The notes under the pieces: model-generated
Told to the model about the DNA's origin: nothing
Databases searched by the model: none
The model's input: only the letters and a program-made list of their open reading frames with translations
Origin: Chiloscyllium plagiosum
Lineage: Eukaryota
Reading direction: 5' to 3'
DNA: 20,000 bases
Assembly (NCBI RefSeq): GCF_004010195.1
Contig: NC_057720.1
Location: 15,381,158-15,401,157, forward strand
Made by a program: the position numbers and the translations under genes
Shown here: piece by piece, positions 1-10,049 of the stretch
Layout of the letters: every line of letters starts with the position of its first letter
How positions within the stretch are numbered: the first letter of the stretch is position 1

Positions 1-95
1 CTGGTTATCGCATATGAAGAGAAGATAGAGAGGGGAGTAATGGAGGAGGGGTTTTGATATATTGATCAAGGATTTATTGAAATATTGATCAAGGA

Positions 96-738
96 ACCAT
101 TGACCACAAACTCAGTTGGACTCAGCACATAAACACAATGGCTCCAAGAGCAGGTCAGAGACTAGGAGTACTGCAGCAAGTAACTCACCTCCTGACTCCC
201 CAAAGCCTGTCCACCATCTACAAGGCACAAGTCAGGCGTGTGATGGAATACTCCCCACTTGTCTGGATGAGTGCAGACCCAACAAGACTCAAGTAGGTTG
301 ACACCATCCAAGACAAGGCAACCTGTTTGATTGGCACTGCATCCACAAGCATCCACTCGCTCCACCACCAACACTCAGTAGCAGCAACGTATACTATCTT
401 CAAGATGCACTGCAGAAATTCACCAAAGATCCTTGGAGAGCATCTTCCAAATCCATTACCACTTCCATCTGGAAGGACAAGGGCAGCGATATATGGGAAT
501 ATTACCATCAAGCCCCTCACCATCCTGACTGGGAAACATATCACTGTTCCTTCAGTGTCATTGGGTCAAACTCCTAGATTTCCCTCCTTAAGGGCATTGT
601 GGGTCAACCCACAGCAGGTGGACTGGAGTGGTTCAAGAAGACAGCTCACTACCACCTTCTCGAGGACAACTAGGGACAGACAATAAATGCTGTCCAGCCA
701 ATGATGACCATAATCACACGAGTGAATAAAAAGAAATT
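96..738 (+). mobile_element. 5'-truncated non-LTR retrotransposon of a second CR1/L2-group family (RT C-terminus + 3' tail), nested in the host LINE endonuclease
   Basis: Translates as MAPRAGQRLGVLQQVTHLLTPQSLSTIYKAQVRRVMEYSPLVWMSADPTRLK*VDTIQDKATCLIG, a LINE RT thumb-like region, and continues into ORF 327-686. It ends in caataaatgctg...gtgaataaaaagaaa. The host frame (LIKD...ITAV) resumes after it. Confidence 0.85.
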
Positions 739-828
739 AAATTATAGCAGTAAGAAAGGATGGTATCATGGAAGGGATCATCAATGAAGCTGCATGGGCA
801 AAAATAAACAACACAAAAGAGACTAACA

Positions 829-856
829 CATGTGTGTGTGTGTGTGTGGGGTGTGT
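829..856. repeat. (TG)n microsatellite expanded inside the host LINE
   Basis: catgtgtgtgtgtgtgtgtggggtgtgt, directly before the GV*YRP motif. Confidence 0.9.
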
Positions 857-1154
857 AATACAGGCCCTGAAACAGTCAGGGAGAGATAGAGGATCGAATA
901 TGTAATCAAATGTCAGGGAGGTATCAGAATAATAAGGCCAAAATAGCAGGGGATTTTGACAACCCAAATATTAACTGGGAGAGTTTCACTCTCTAAGGTG
1001 GGGAGGGAAAAATCCTTAAGTTGCATCCAGGAGACTTTTCTGCCCAGCAGTTGAAAGCCCACAGAGAGGAGGTGGTTCTGAACCTGATATTTAGAAATGA
1101 GCTTGAGTAGGTGAAAGACATATCAGCGGGGGAGTAATTTGGAGATAGTGATCA

Positions 1155-1810
1155 TAACTCAGTGAGATTCAGAATAATTATGGAAAAAGATATTGACGAA
1201 ATGGGAATGAAAGTTCAAAACTAGGTTAGTCTGTTTCTTCTAAGATAAGGTTTGGCCCAAGTAGACTAGGAGCGGCTACTTGTAGATAAAACCCTCAAAG
1301 CAATGGGAGGCATTCAATGAGGACACAATGAAAGTAAGGGGCAAAAAGGTTCCCAGGAAGGCAAAGAGTGGGTTCAAGACCAGAGAACTCTGGATGTCAA
1401 GGGAGATGAAGATTAGGATGAAGATAAATGCAGGCGTATGGGTGGGTTGCGCTTCGGCGGGTCGGTGTGGACTTGTTGGGCCGAAGGGCCTGTTTCCACA
1501 CTGTAAGTAATCTAATCTAATCTAATCTAATCTAGATAGGTAACTCAGTGAGCTTCAGAATAATTATGGAAAAAGATATTGACGAAATGGGAATGAAAGT
1601 TCAAAACTAGGTCAGTCTGTTTCTTCTAAGGTAAGGTTTGGCCCAAGTAGACTAGGAGCGGCTACTTGTAGATAAAACGCTCAAAGCAATGGGAGGCATT
1701 CAATGAGGACACAATGAAAGTAAGGGGCAAAAAGGTTCCCAGGAAGGCAAAGAGTGGGTTCAAGACCAGAGAACTCTGGATGTCAAGGGAGATGAAGATT
1801 AGGATGAAGA
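1155..1810 (+). repeat. 270-bp direct duplication (1155-1424 and 1541-1810) of host LINE sequence
   Basis: The copies align without gaps at offset 386; I count 4 substitutions by eye. Confidence 0.97.
1425..1533 (+). mobile_element. 5'-truncated young HE1-type SINE (3' ~110 bp) with (TAATC)n tail
   Basis: gggtgggttgcgcttcggcgggtcggtgtggacttgttgggccgaagggcctgtttccacactgtaag(taatc)n matches the 3' end of the full-length copy at 17960-18030. CpGs are retained, which suggests a young copy. Confidence 0.92.
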
Positions 1811-1900
1811 ACAAAAAAGACAAGCTAATTTGGCAGGTACCAAGGACTCAATATGCTGAATACGTAGAGGAGAATTAACAGTGTGGGGGAGATCTTTAAA

Positions 1901-2158
1901 GGAAAATTTAAAAGGCACCTAAAGGGGCAACGTTTTCACACAGAGGATGGTGCGTGTATAGAATGAGCTGCCAGAGGTAGTGGTGGAGGCTGGTAAAATT
2001 GCAACATTTAAAAGACATCTAGATGGGTATATGAATAGGAATTAGAGGGATATGGGCCAAGTGCTGGCAAATGGGACTAGATTAGGTTGGGATATCTGGT
2101 CGGCATGGATGAGTTGGACCGAAGGGTCTGTCTCCATGCTGTTCATCTCTATGACTCT
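1901..2158 (+). mobile_element. 5'-truncated CR1 (HER1-like) LINE 3' end nested in the host LINE
   Basis: ggggcaacgttttcacacagagg...gagttggaccgaagggtctg...ctctatgactct; strongly similar to 3460-3694. The host frame resumes at KLNEARTVHKE. Confidence 0.88.
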
Positions 2159-3112
2159 CAAACTCAATGAAGCAAGGACAGTGCACAAGGAAGTATTGAC
2201 AGGGAGAATAAAGGAGAATCTCAAGGTTTTTCTTTTAACATATAAAGAGCAAGACACTAACTAGGGAAAAAAAGAACCCATTGGGAACCATAGAGGTAAT
2301 TGCTGTGGACCTGGCATAGTCTTCAATGAATACTTTGCTTCGGTCTTCACAATGGAAAAGGGCAGGCAGCTGTGGACACCGTGTTTGAGGCTTGTGAAAT
2401 ATTAGAAGAAATTAAAACAGAGACAGGGATAGTACCAGTGGGGTTAGCAGCCTTAAACATAGATAAATCGAGATGAGATACACATTAGACTATTGAGGGA
2501 GAGCCCATATTGGGGGTCCTGCAGTTATTCTCAAATCGTCTCTGGCCACAGATAAGGTGCCAGAGGATTGGATGACTGCTGACATTGTCCTGTGATTAAA
2601 AAAGACAGGAAGGGCAGGACCAGGAAACTATAAGCAGACAGTCTAATCTTGGTTGTGGGGGATGTTTTTACAAAGAATTCTGAGGGGCAGAATATATCTT
2701 CACTTGGAGAGACATTAATTCATCAAGCGGGGATGGTCAGCAAGGATTTGTCAAAGGAAGATTGTCTTTGACAAACTTGATTGAATTTTCTGAGCAGGTA
2801 ACCGAAGGTATTCATAAAGGTAATGTATTTGTTGTGGTTTACATGGACTTTAGCAAGGCTTATGGCAGACTGGTCAAGAAAGTAAAAGCCTATGGGATCC
2901 AAGGGAAAATGGCACATTGGATCCACAATTAGCCAAGAGGCAGGAATCAGAGGGTGATGGCAGACGGGCATTTCTCTGAATGGAAGTCTGTTTCCAGCGG
3001 GGTACCACAATGCTCGATATTGGAGCCCAAGCTGTTTGTGGTATACATTAGTAGTTTGGTATGATAAAGAAGTTTGTGAATGATATGAACATTGACAGTG
3101 TAATAAATATTG

Positions 3113-3694
3113 GTCAGAGCATTGAGTATAGGAACTGGGAGGTCATTAGGCAGCTGTATAGGCCACTTTTGGAATTTTGTGTGCAATTCGAGTCTCTCTC
3201 CTACTGGAAGGATGTTGTGAAATGTGAAAGGGTTTAGAAAAGATTTACAAGGACGTTGCCGGGGTTGGAGGATTTGAGTTACAGGGAGAGGCTGTACAGG
3301 TTGGGGCTGTTTTCCTTGGAGTGTTGGAGTCTAAGGGGTGACCTTATAGAAGTTTATAAAATGATGAGGGGGTTTGGATACGGTAAATAGACAAGGTTTT
3401 TTTCCCTGAGGTGGGGAGTCAGAACTAGAGGGTATAGGTTTAGGCTGAGAGGGAAAAGATATAAAAGGGACCTATGGGGCAACATTTTCAGACAGAGGAT
3501 GGCGTGTATATGGAAAGAACTGCCAGAGGAAGTGGTGGATGAAATGTGGCACAATTACAAGATTTAAAAGACATTTGGATGGGTATATGAATGGGAAGGG
3601 TTTGGAGGGATATGGGTCAGGTGCTGGTAAATGGGACTAAATTAATTTAGGATATCTGGTCAGCATGGACGAGTTGGACCGAAGGGTGTGACTC
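3113..3694 (+). mobile_element. 5'-truncated CR1 (HER1-like) LINE with 9-bp TSD, nested in the host RT domain
   Basis: RT C-terminal motifs (RPLLEFCVQF, RFTRTLPGLE, LRGDLIEVYKMMRG) and 3' UTR, flanked by taaatattg at 3104-3112 and 3695-3703. Confidence 0.92.
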
Positions 3695-4174
3695 TAAATA
3701 TTGAAGAGGAGAGTCACACGCTATCGATAGACTGGTTCAGTCGGCAGAGCAAATGGAATTCAAGCGAGAAAATGTGAGGTAATACACATTGGAAGGGTTA
3801 ACATGATAATGAATTACTCCATGGATGGTAACACCCTGAAAGTACTGAATATCAGAGGGATTGTGGTGTGCTTATCCACAGATCGCTGAAAGTAGCCGGG
3901 CAGGTAGATAAGGTGGTTAAGAAGACATGTGGGAACTTGCCTTTATGAACCGAGGCACAGGATACAAGAGCAGGAAAGTTATGCTAGTCTTCATAAACCA
4001 CTGGTTAGACCACAACTGGAGTATTGCATGCAGTCTGGTCACTACAATGTAGGAAAGATGTGATTGCACTAAAGATGGTGTGGTGAAGATTTACCAGAAT
4101 GCTGCTTGGGCTCGAGAGTCAGAGCTAAGAAGAAAGATTTTATAGGTTCAGGCTGTTTTCTTTGAAACAACCAA

Positions 4175-4263
4175 GTTTGACCAGTCTGTCGTAAGAGACC
4201 TTGTCAAGGCCTTGCTAAGGTCCATGTAGACCACATCAAATGTTTTACCCTCATCAGTTCTGC
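4175..4263 (-). mobile_element. Inverted ~90-bp internal CR1 RT fragment inserted in the host LINE
   Basis: The reverse complement reads GRTDEGKTFDVVYMDLSKA/DKVSYDRLVK. It sits between the host motifs LFSLKQ and RLKRDL. Confidence 0.85.
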
Positions 4264-5742
4264 CCAGGTTGAAAAGGGACCTGATAGAAGTGCATAAGAT
4301 TATGAGGGGCATAGATAGAGCGGATTGGAAGGCACCTTTTCCATTAGTTGAGAATCATTAACCAGCAGTCATTGATAATAAGATGTAGATGGCTAAGGGG
4401 AGGGTTGAGGAGAATTCTTTTTTGCTCAGCGAGTGGTGAGAGTCTGGAACCCCTTGCCTGAAAGAGTGGTTGAGTCAGAATCTCTTGTAAAATTTAAGCA
4501 AAATTTAGATACTCACTTCATCCCATCACCTCCAGAATGGTGGGCCAAAAGCTGATAAACGTGATGAGTGTAGTCAGATCTTTGTCGACTGGCATGGACA
4601 TGATGGGCACTGGCCTTCTGTGCTGTTGACATCTGAATCTCTGAGTCTCATGGCAGTCTCAGAGTCCTGCTATAAGGGATGAAATGGTGCAGTATATTCA
4701 TCCAGGCACAAGAAGGCGAGTTAGCAATACTCTATTACAAAAAAAAGGAATACAGTAAATGCATCAAAGGAAGGACTTTTTTCTGTCGTCTAACACACCT
4801 TCCTGACTAAGTGGCATGAATTGTATTTATTCATAAGTAATTCTGGAGATCCATTACTCTTTTAACTAAGTTTTGTAATTATCTCGATGAGGTTTCGATC
4901 ATGGTAAAAGTAAAGAATGATTTACCACTTTTCCAGTGTTAAATCTAGAACAGAACAGCCCATGTGAAGGTTAAACTCTCCGTGCTCTGGCTGAGAAAAT
5001 ACCTCAACATCAAGAGCAGATCATTGATAAACCATTTGTTACCCACACAGACCTTGATAGAGTAGCTGAATAGGCCCAAAGCCTTCAAATCACCAACAAT
5101 TTGTTACATTCATTGATCATTTCTGAATTAACCAAAACAAATGGCTTGACGAAATACGGTAGGGAGATTAAATACTTCTTGAACACAGGAGAGAAAAGGT
5201 TAGTGCAACCGTTACTTGACAAAGAGTTAAAATTAATTTACCGATGAGCAAAATAATTCATGGGAAAGAAGCAAAACTAGTACATGGGAATGGAAGTCCT
5301 CTGTACAATCTGTGTAGTCTGAGGTATCTCTGTTAACATCCCTCTTTGTGTGCTGGAACATTTTCTGTACAGGTGTGCACCAGCATGTACAAGTGCACAA
5401 GGGCCTGTAATGTGCTTCACAACATGTCCAGGCTGTGTCGAGTTAGTCCCTGCGTGGAGAAAGGTGAAATACCTTTCAATGAGTTGCATTTACATGTTGC
5501 AGCGAGCAATGCTTTTCAGTAAGGACTTGATTATAATTGGTCGTGGCAGTGCTATCCAATTCTGCTGTGATTTGTAACAGAGCTGAGTTGGAACGTACAG
5601 TGAACCATCATCGCTCTCAGTGACTACAGCAACATGCAAGGAAATGGTTGCTCTTTTCTATTTTTTTTCTGTGCTTATTAAGAAAGGGACATGAGATTTA
5701 GAAAAAAGAGGAATTTTCTCTTGACAATGATTTTTTTTAATA

Positions 5743-6052
5743 TTAGAATTAGATTCCCTACAGTGTGGAAACAGGCCCTTTTGGCCCAACCAGTCCACAC
5801 CGACCCTCCGAAGAGTAACCCACCCAGACCCATTTCCCTCTGACTAATGCACCTAGCACCACGGGCAATTTAGCATGGCCAATTCACCTGACCTGCACAT
5901 CTTTGGACTGTGGGAGGAAACCAGAGCAAACCCACGCTGACACTGGCAGAATGTGCAAATTCCACACAGACAGTCGCCCGAGGCTGGAATCGAACCTGGG
6001 ACCCTGGTGCTGTGAGGCAGCAGTGCTAACCACTGAGTCACCGTGCCACCCC
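5743..6052 (-). mobile_element. Full-length HE1-type tRNA-derived SINE (V-SINE)
   Basis: Minus strand: ggtggcacggtgactcagtggttagcactgctgcctcacagc (A box), ggttcgattcc (B box), central domain, and CR1-like tail ggcctgtttccacactgtagggaatctaattctaa. Confidence 0.95.
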
Positions 6053-7207
6053 AATTTGCCAACAATTGTCTTTGAGAAAGGAACAGGAAGCAAGGGGTTG
6101 AAATTTACAAGCACACGCCTTGTTTCATGGGTCTCAAGCTGATATATGACTCACAAGTTTAGAATTCAGGTGACCCCTGACCAATCTACACATGCATTCA
6201 GTTGATTAATACAATAAACAGCATTTTTCTCTTGTGTAAAACAGACATTGAGCTCCTCTTGCATCTGAGTGTTTGGGTCCTACTACCTGTCTTTCTCTGT
6301 GGTCCTCTGGGACTATGGTGATTTTATCACTCCCTTTGCCTTTTGAAAGACCCTTCTGTGAAATGTTGATTTTTCGATGAGCAGTGCCCCATTCAGGAAT
6401 GGACATTAATATCTCATCTGTGACCACTGGCTTTGCATGTGTGCCCAAGACTAATTGATACCCATTGGTTCTGATTACCAACCACCACTGGCAGGACTCC
6501 CCCTCCCCCCTCCCCCTCATGAGTGGACCCAGTGTTGTGAATCAATTTTGGGAGGTGCTAATTGGGATATTATCTACATTATAGCTTATTATATTGGAAC
6601 TTACTTTACTAACCATTAAAAAAAACTTCATATTTTACTTGTCTGTGAAATTGTTTGACATTAATGTACAGAAACAGGTTTATGACTTGATGAAAGATGA
6701 GCAGCAAATGTAACATATTCCTTTTAAGAAAGCAAGAATGTGGTTTGAAAGAGATTTCTGAAACTAGCTCTGATTTTATTCTCAGGTTTCTTCCCTGAAA
6801 GATAGGTTCCATTGGGATTTATTTCAATAATTCTACTTTTGATAATTTTACAAAATTTGATCTTTATAAAGGAGCTTAAATCTGATCAAACTTGATGATT
6901 GTCACGTGGGCAATTTAATTAAGTCCTGATATTTTGGCTTCTTCTTCAAAAACTCCTTTAATGAAAACGAGGTACTTTTTTGATAGATATGCTGTAATTC
7001 ATTCCTCTTCTCATCAAACTATGTTGCAAATGTTAGAGTATTCAAGACTTCCAGGCAAGAAATAATCGCAGGTCTCAGTGGCTGCCTGTTCATCCAATTC
7101 AACAGCATGTAGCAGGTTCAGCAATTCCCAGGAGTTTCCCAATGACCCTTGTCAAGATTGAAGGCCTCTTCATGTGGGAGTTGTGCCCAGAGTGGTGGAA
7201 TTTATAA

Positions 7208-7702
7208 TCAAAAGAATCATAGAATTGTACAAGACAAACGAGGCTCTTTGGCCCACTGAGTCTACACCTGACCCACTCTAAATCTACACTAGCACCCTTT
7301 CCCACACTGGGCCCCCAGCTTTGAATATTATTACATTTCAAGTGCTCATCCAAATACTTTTTAAAGGCTATGTGGTTTCCCACGTCAAACATCCTTCCCG
7401 ACAGTGCATTCCAGATTCACACCATCCTCTGGGTGAAAAGATTTTCCTTCAATCCCCTCTAAACTTCCTGCTTTTCACCTTAAAAATTAGGCCCCCTTAT
7501 TTTTGATTCTCCAACTAAGGAGTATGAGCTGCTTCCTATCCGCCTGTCCACGTCCCTCATAATCTTATAAATCTCTATCGGGTTCCCCTCACAGCCTTCT
7601 CTGCTTTAAAGGAAGCAACTCAATCTAGCCCAGCCTCTCTTCAGAGCTAAAATGTTCCGTCTCAGCCAATCTCCTGGTCAATCCTGTCTGCAATTCCTCC
7701 AT
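7208..7702 (-). mobile_element. 5'-truncated older CR1 LINE 3' end
   Basis: Tail agaatcatagaa...ggctctttggcccac on +. The minus strand holds decayed RL(R)GD(L)IEIYKIMRD and FFTQR..W-type motifs and FKKYLDEHLK (in ORF 7099-7392). Confidence 0.85.
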
Positions 7703-8027
7703 AAGGAATGCAAGGAATGGCATGGATCTTAAAATCCAATTTAAAAACATGAGTTGTGTTTGTTTTTCAGGATTATAGCTCAAATTATGAATCCTGTTTG
7801 AAATGAGTGTGAACAGCACTATCAGATAGTGTGGACCTCCATCATAGTCACTGAAGTGAAGGGATCTGCTCCTGACCCTGATCTTTCAAAGGCCCGCCAG
7901 CAGAGGTCACTGTTTCACTATCCTTCCAGCCAAATTGCTGGGACCCAAACTTGATTCTCCCCTTCTCTGAACCTTCCACTGTTTATTCACTGGGATAGTA
8001 TTCTGCACATTCTGAGGTGAGAATCAT

Positions 8028-8342
8028 AGTGAGAAATGAGGCCGGTCAGCTCTTCGAGTCTGTGCTGACCCTTTGAAGAGCATCCCACCCTATCCCCACA
8101 TTAACCGTGGCTGACCCACTTCGGATATACATCCCTGAGTACTACAGGACAGTGTAGCATGGCCAATCCACCTAACCTGCATATCTTTGGACTGTGAGAG
8201 AAACCCAGAGCACCTGGAGGAAGCCCACATAGACACAGGGAGAGCATGCAAACCCTGTACAGTCAGTCACCAGAGGTTGGGATCAAAAGCAGGTCTTTGG
8301 TGCTGTGAGGCAGCAGTACTAACCACTGAGCTAGCCATGGTG
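8028..8342 (-). mobile_element. Diverged HE1-type SINE
   Basis: tagcatggccaatccacctaacctgcatatctttggactgtg...tggtgctgtgaggcagcagtactaaccactgag, collinear with 5743-6052. Confidence 0.9.
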
Positions 8343-8413
8343 TTGGGGTATTGAGAGACTCTGGTGCAGGAGAAGGCAATGTCCCTCAATCCCAGACCAA
8401 ATGCCCAAAGGGG

Positions 8414-8749
8414 TTTTTCTTTATTCATTCACAGGATGAGGGCATCACTGGCTAGGCAGCATTTGTTGCCCAGAGGGCAGTTAAGAGTCAACCACATTGC
8501 TGTGGGTCTGGAGTTACATGTAGGCTGGACCAGGTAAAGATGGCAGCTTCCTTCCCTGAAGGACATTAATGATCCAGATGGGTTTTTCCAGCAATCAACA
8601 ATGGATTCATGGTCACCATTAAACTCTTAATTCTAGATTTTTAGTGAATTCAAATTCCACCACCAGCCATGACAGGATTTGAACCCAGCTCCCCAGTACA
8701 TTATCTGGGTCAATAATCCAGCGATAATGCCACTGGGGCATCGCCTCCT
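8414..8749 (-). mobile_element. tRNA-derived SINE of a second family whose 3' tail matches the LINE at 96-738
   Basis: Minus strand: head ggaggcgatgccccagtggcatt, B box gggttcaaatcc, core aaaaacccatctggatcattaatgtccttcagggaagg...ccagacccacagcaatgtggttgactcttaactgccctctg, tail caacaaatgctgcctagccagtgatgccctcatcctgtgaatgaataaa. Confidence 0.85.
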
Positions 8750-9149
8750 CTAATTCATTCAATGCCGATAATGACAGTTCTATTTTTAATCATTGGCTAT
8801 CCTTTCAAGCACTGTGCCTAAACATTTCTTGCCAATTTGTGCCAAATCATAGCAGTTTTGGCCCACAGACTGAACCACTGAAAATGAGCTGAAAACTCGC
8901 TCCATGGAAGAGCGTCCTGACCACGAGAGGACGTGTGAGTTCAACATAACCTGCCTTGTCAACTGGAGAGGCAAGTCCTCCGGGGAATGCATCACCTTCC
9001 AGTCCCTTCCACACCCATTCCTTCAGATTCATCACCTCCATTTTTCCACTGAGCCCTTTTATCAAGGTTAGGTGGGGCTGGGGTGGTGATGGGGAAGAGT
9101 GCGGGAATGCTGGAATTTTAGAAGCTTGGAAAATAAAACAAAACAAGAG

Positions 9150-9748
9150 GGTGTAGATTGAAAATGGTGTGTGAATGGAGCAAGGGCGATGTAAGACAAA
9201 CCTTTTCCACACAACGAGTAGTTAGAGTATGGAATGAAAATAATCTCCCTTCCCTTCCCCCAATTCCAGTCCCACTTTCATCCTTCCATTCTACTTAGTG
9301 ATCTCTCCTTCCTGCCAACAACTGGATTCATTCCTCCCATCGAACAACCAGGCTGTACCCTCTACCAGTGTCTGCCTATCCCTACCTCATCTCTCCCTCC
9401 CTCCCCCAGCACCCCTTCCCCTTTATCTGGGGCTCCCCTCAGCATCAGCTCCAGTCCTGAAGAAGGGTTACTCCTGAACCATTGACTTCTCCACCTCCTG
9501 GCGCTGACTGGCTTGCTGTGTTCTTCCAGCCTCCTGCCTGTCTACTTTGGATTCCAGCGTCTGCAGTTTCTTTGTCTCTGGAAATGTGGTGGAGTCAGGT
9601 TCAACTGAGGCATTCAAGAGGGGCACTGGATGGTAACGTGAAGATAAATATTATGCAGGGATATGGCTAAAGGTAGGAGATTAGAACTGGTGTGGGCATG
9701 ATGGACCAAATGGCCTCTTTCTGTGCTGTAACAATTCTGTCATTCTGT
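9150..9748 (+). mobile_element. Old CR1 3' end split by a Penelope-like insertion
   Basis: ttttccacacaacgagtagttagagtatggaatg (FSTQRVVRVWN) before 9237; gtggtggagtcagg...ttcaagagg...atggaccaaatggcctctttctgtgctgtaacaattctg after 9580. Confidence 0.75.
9238..9579 (+). mobile_element. Penelope-like element 3' region / pseudo-LTR fragment with degenerate hammerhead
   Basis: Pyrimidine-rich stretch followed by agtc-CTGAAGA-agggttactcct-GAAC-catt-gact (9453-9487), then gctgactggcttgctgtgttcttccagc...ttccagcgtctgcagt, similar to the 3' parts of the 12.1, 12.9 and 13.7 kb elements. Confidence 0.75.
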
Positions 9749-10049
9749 TATTTTACAGAAGTGCAGAGCCCAGGCAATTTATTTGATGGTTTGCATGGCT
9801 ACATGAGATGTACGTATTTATACTTAACAATTTTCTTTGCAGGTTATATTCTAACTAATAAATGCAGATGTGAATTGAACACGAGATGGTCAGGTTCTGG
9901 AAGGATTTAATACACTGTGTGACACTACTCGAAAGCATGAAGGAAGCAGATTGCCAACTTCCAACAATTGGAAAAATACTAAAAAAGGCAAAACTCGTGG
10001 GGGACTAGGGAAAGACCGGAGAAAAGAGGGGCAATGATATCCACTTTAC

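Larger units (their letters stand above)
1..4650 (+). mobile_element. Decayed CR1-clade LINE, near-complete ORF2 (APE endonuclease + reverse transcriptase) and 3' tail, interrupted by nested insertions; extends beyond the left edge
   Basis: Manual translation across stops and frameshifts gives motifs in CR1 order: GYRI*REDREG..GGG (2-50), GV*YRP (~848-868), AGDFDNPNINW (~946-978), FGDSDHNSVRF (~1138-1170), RIKENLKVF (~2205-2230), KVPEDW (~2555-2572), PGNYK (~2620), QGFVKGR..LTNLIEF (~2742-2790), YMDFSKA (~2841-2860), SGVPQCSILEPKLF (~2996-3037), CEVIHIG (~3773-3793), RLKRDLIEVHKIMRG (~4266-4310), then a CR1-type 3' UTR ending in tctgaatctctgagtctc. Confidence 0.9.

Noticed and set aside
327..686. 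119-aa ORF as a host gene
   Set aside because: It is the C-terminal frame of a truncated LINE ORF2, with an upstream in-frame stop.
5975..6052. tRNA gene (A and B boxes; also at 17720-17790)
   Set aside because: These are tRNA-derived SINE heads that continue into the HE1 body and tail; I see no complete cloverleaf.
6245..6321. Acceptor-like site followed by a short hydrophobic frame (IELLLHLSVWVLLPVFLCGPLGLW*)
   Set aside because: Hydrophobicity follows from T/C-rich composition, and no linked upstream exon is supported.
7897..7910. CTCF-like motif ccagcagaggtcac
   Set aside because: A single imperfect match, possibly within an old repeat; not distinguishable from chance without ChIP data.
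8786..9212. Minus-strand ORFs of 69 and 121 aa
   Set aside because: No recognisable domain; the longer one begins inside an antisense CR1 fragment.
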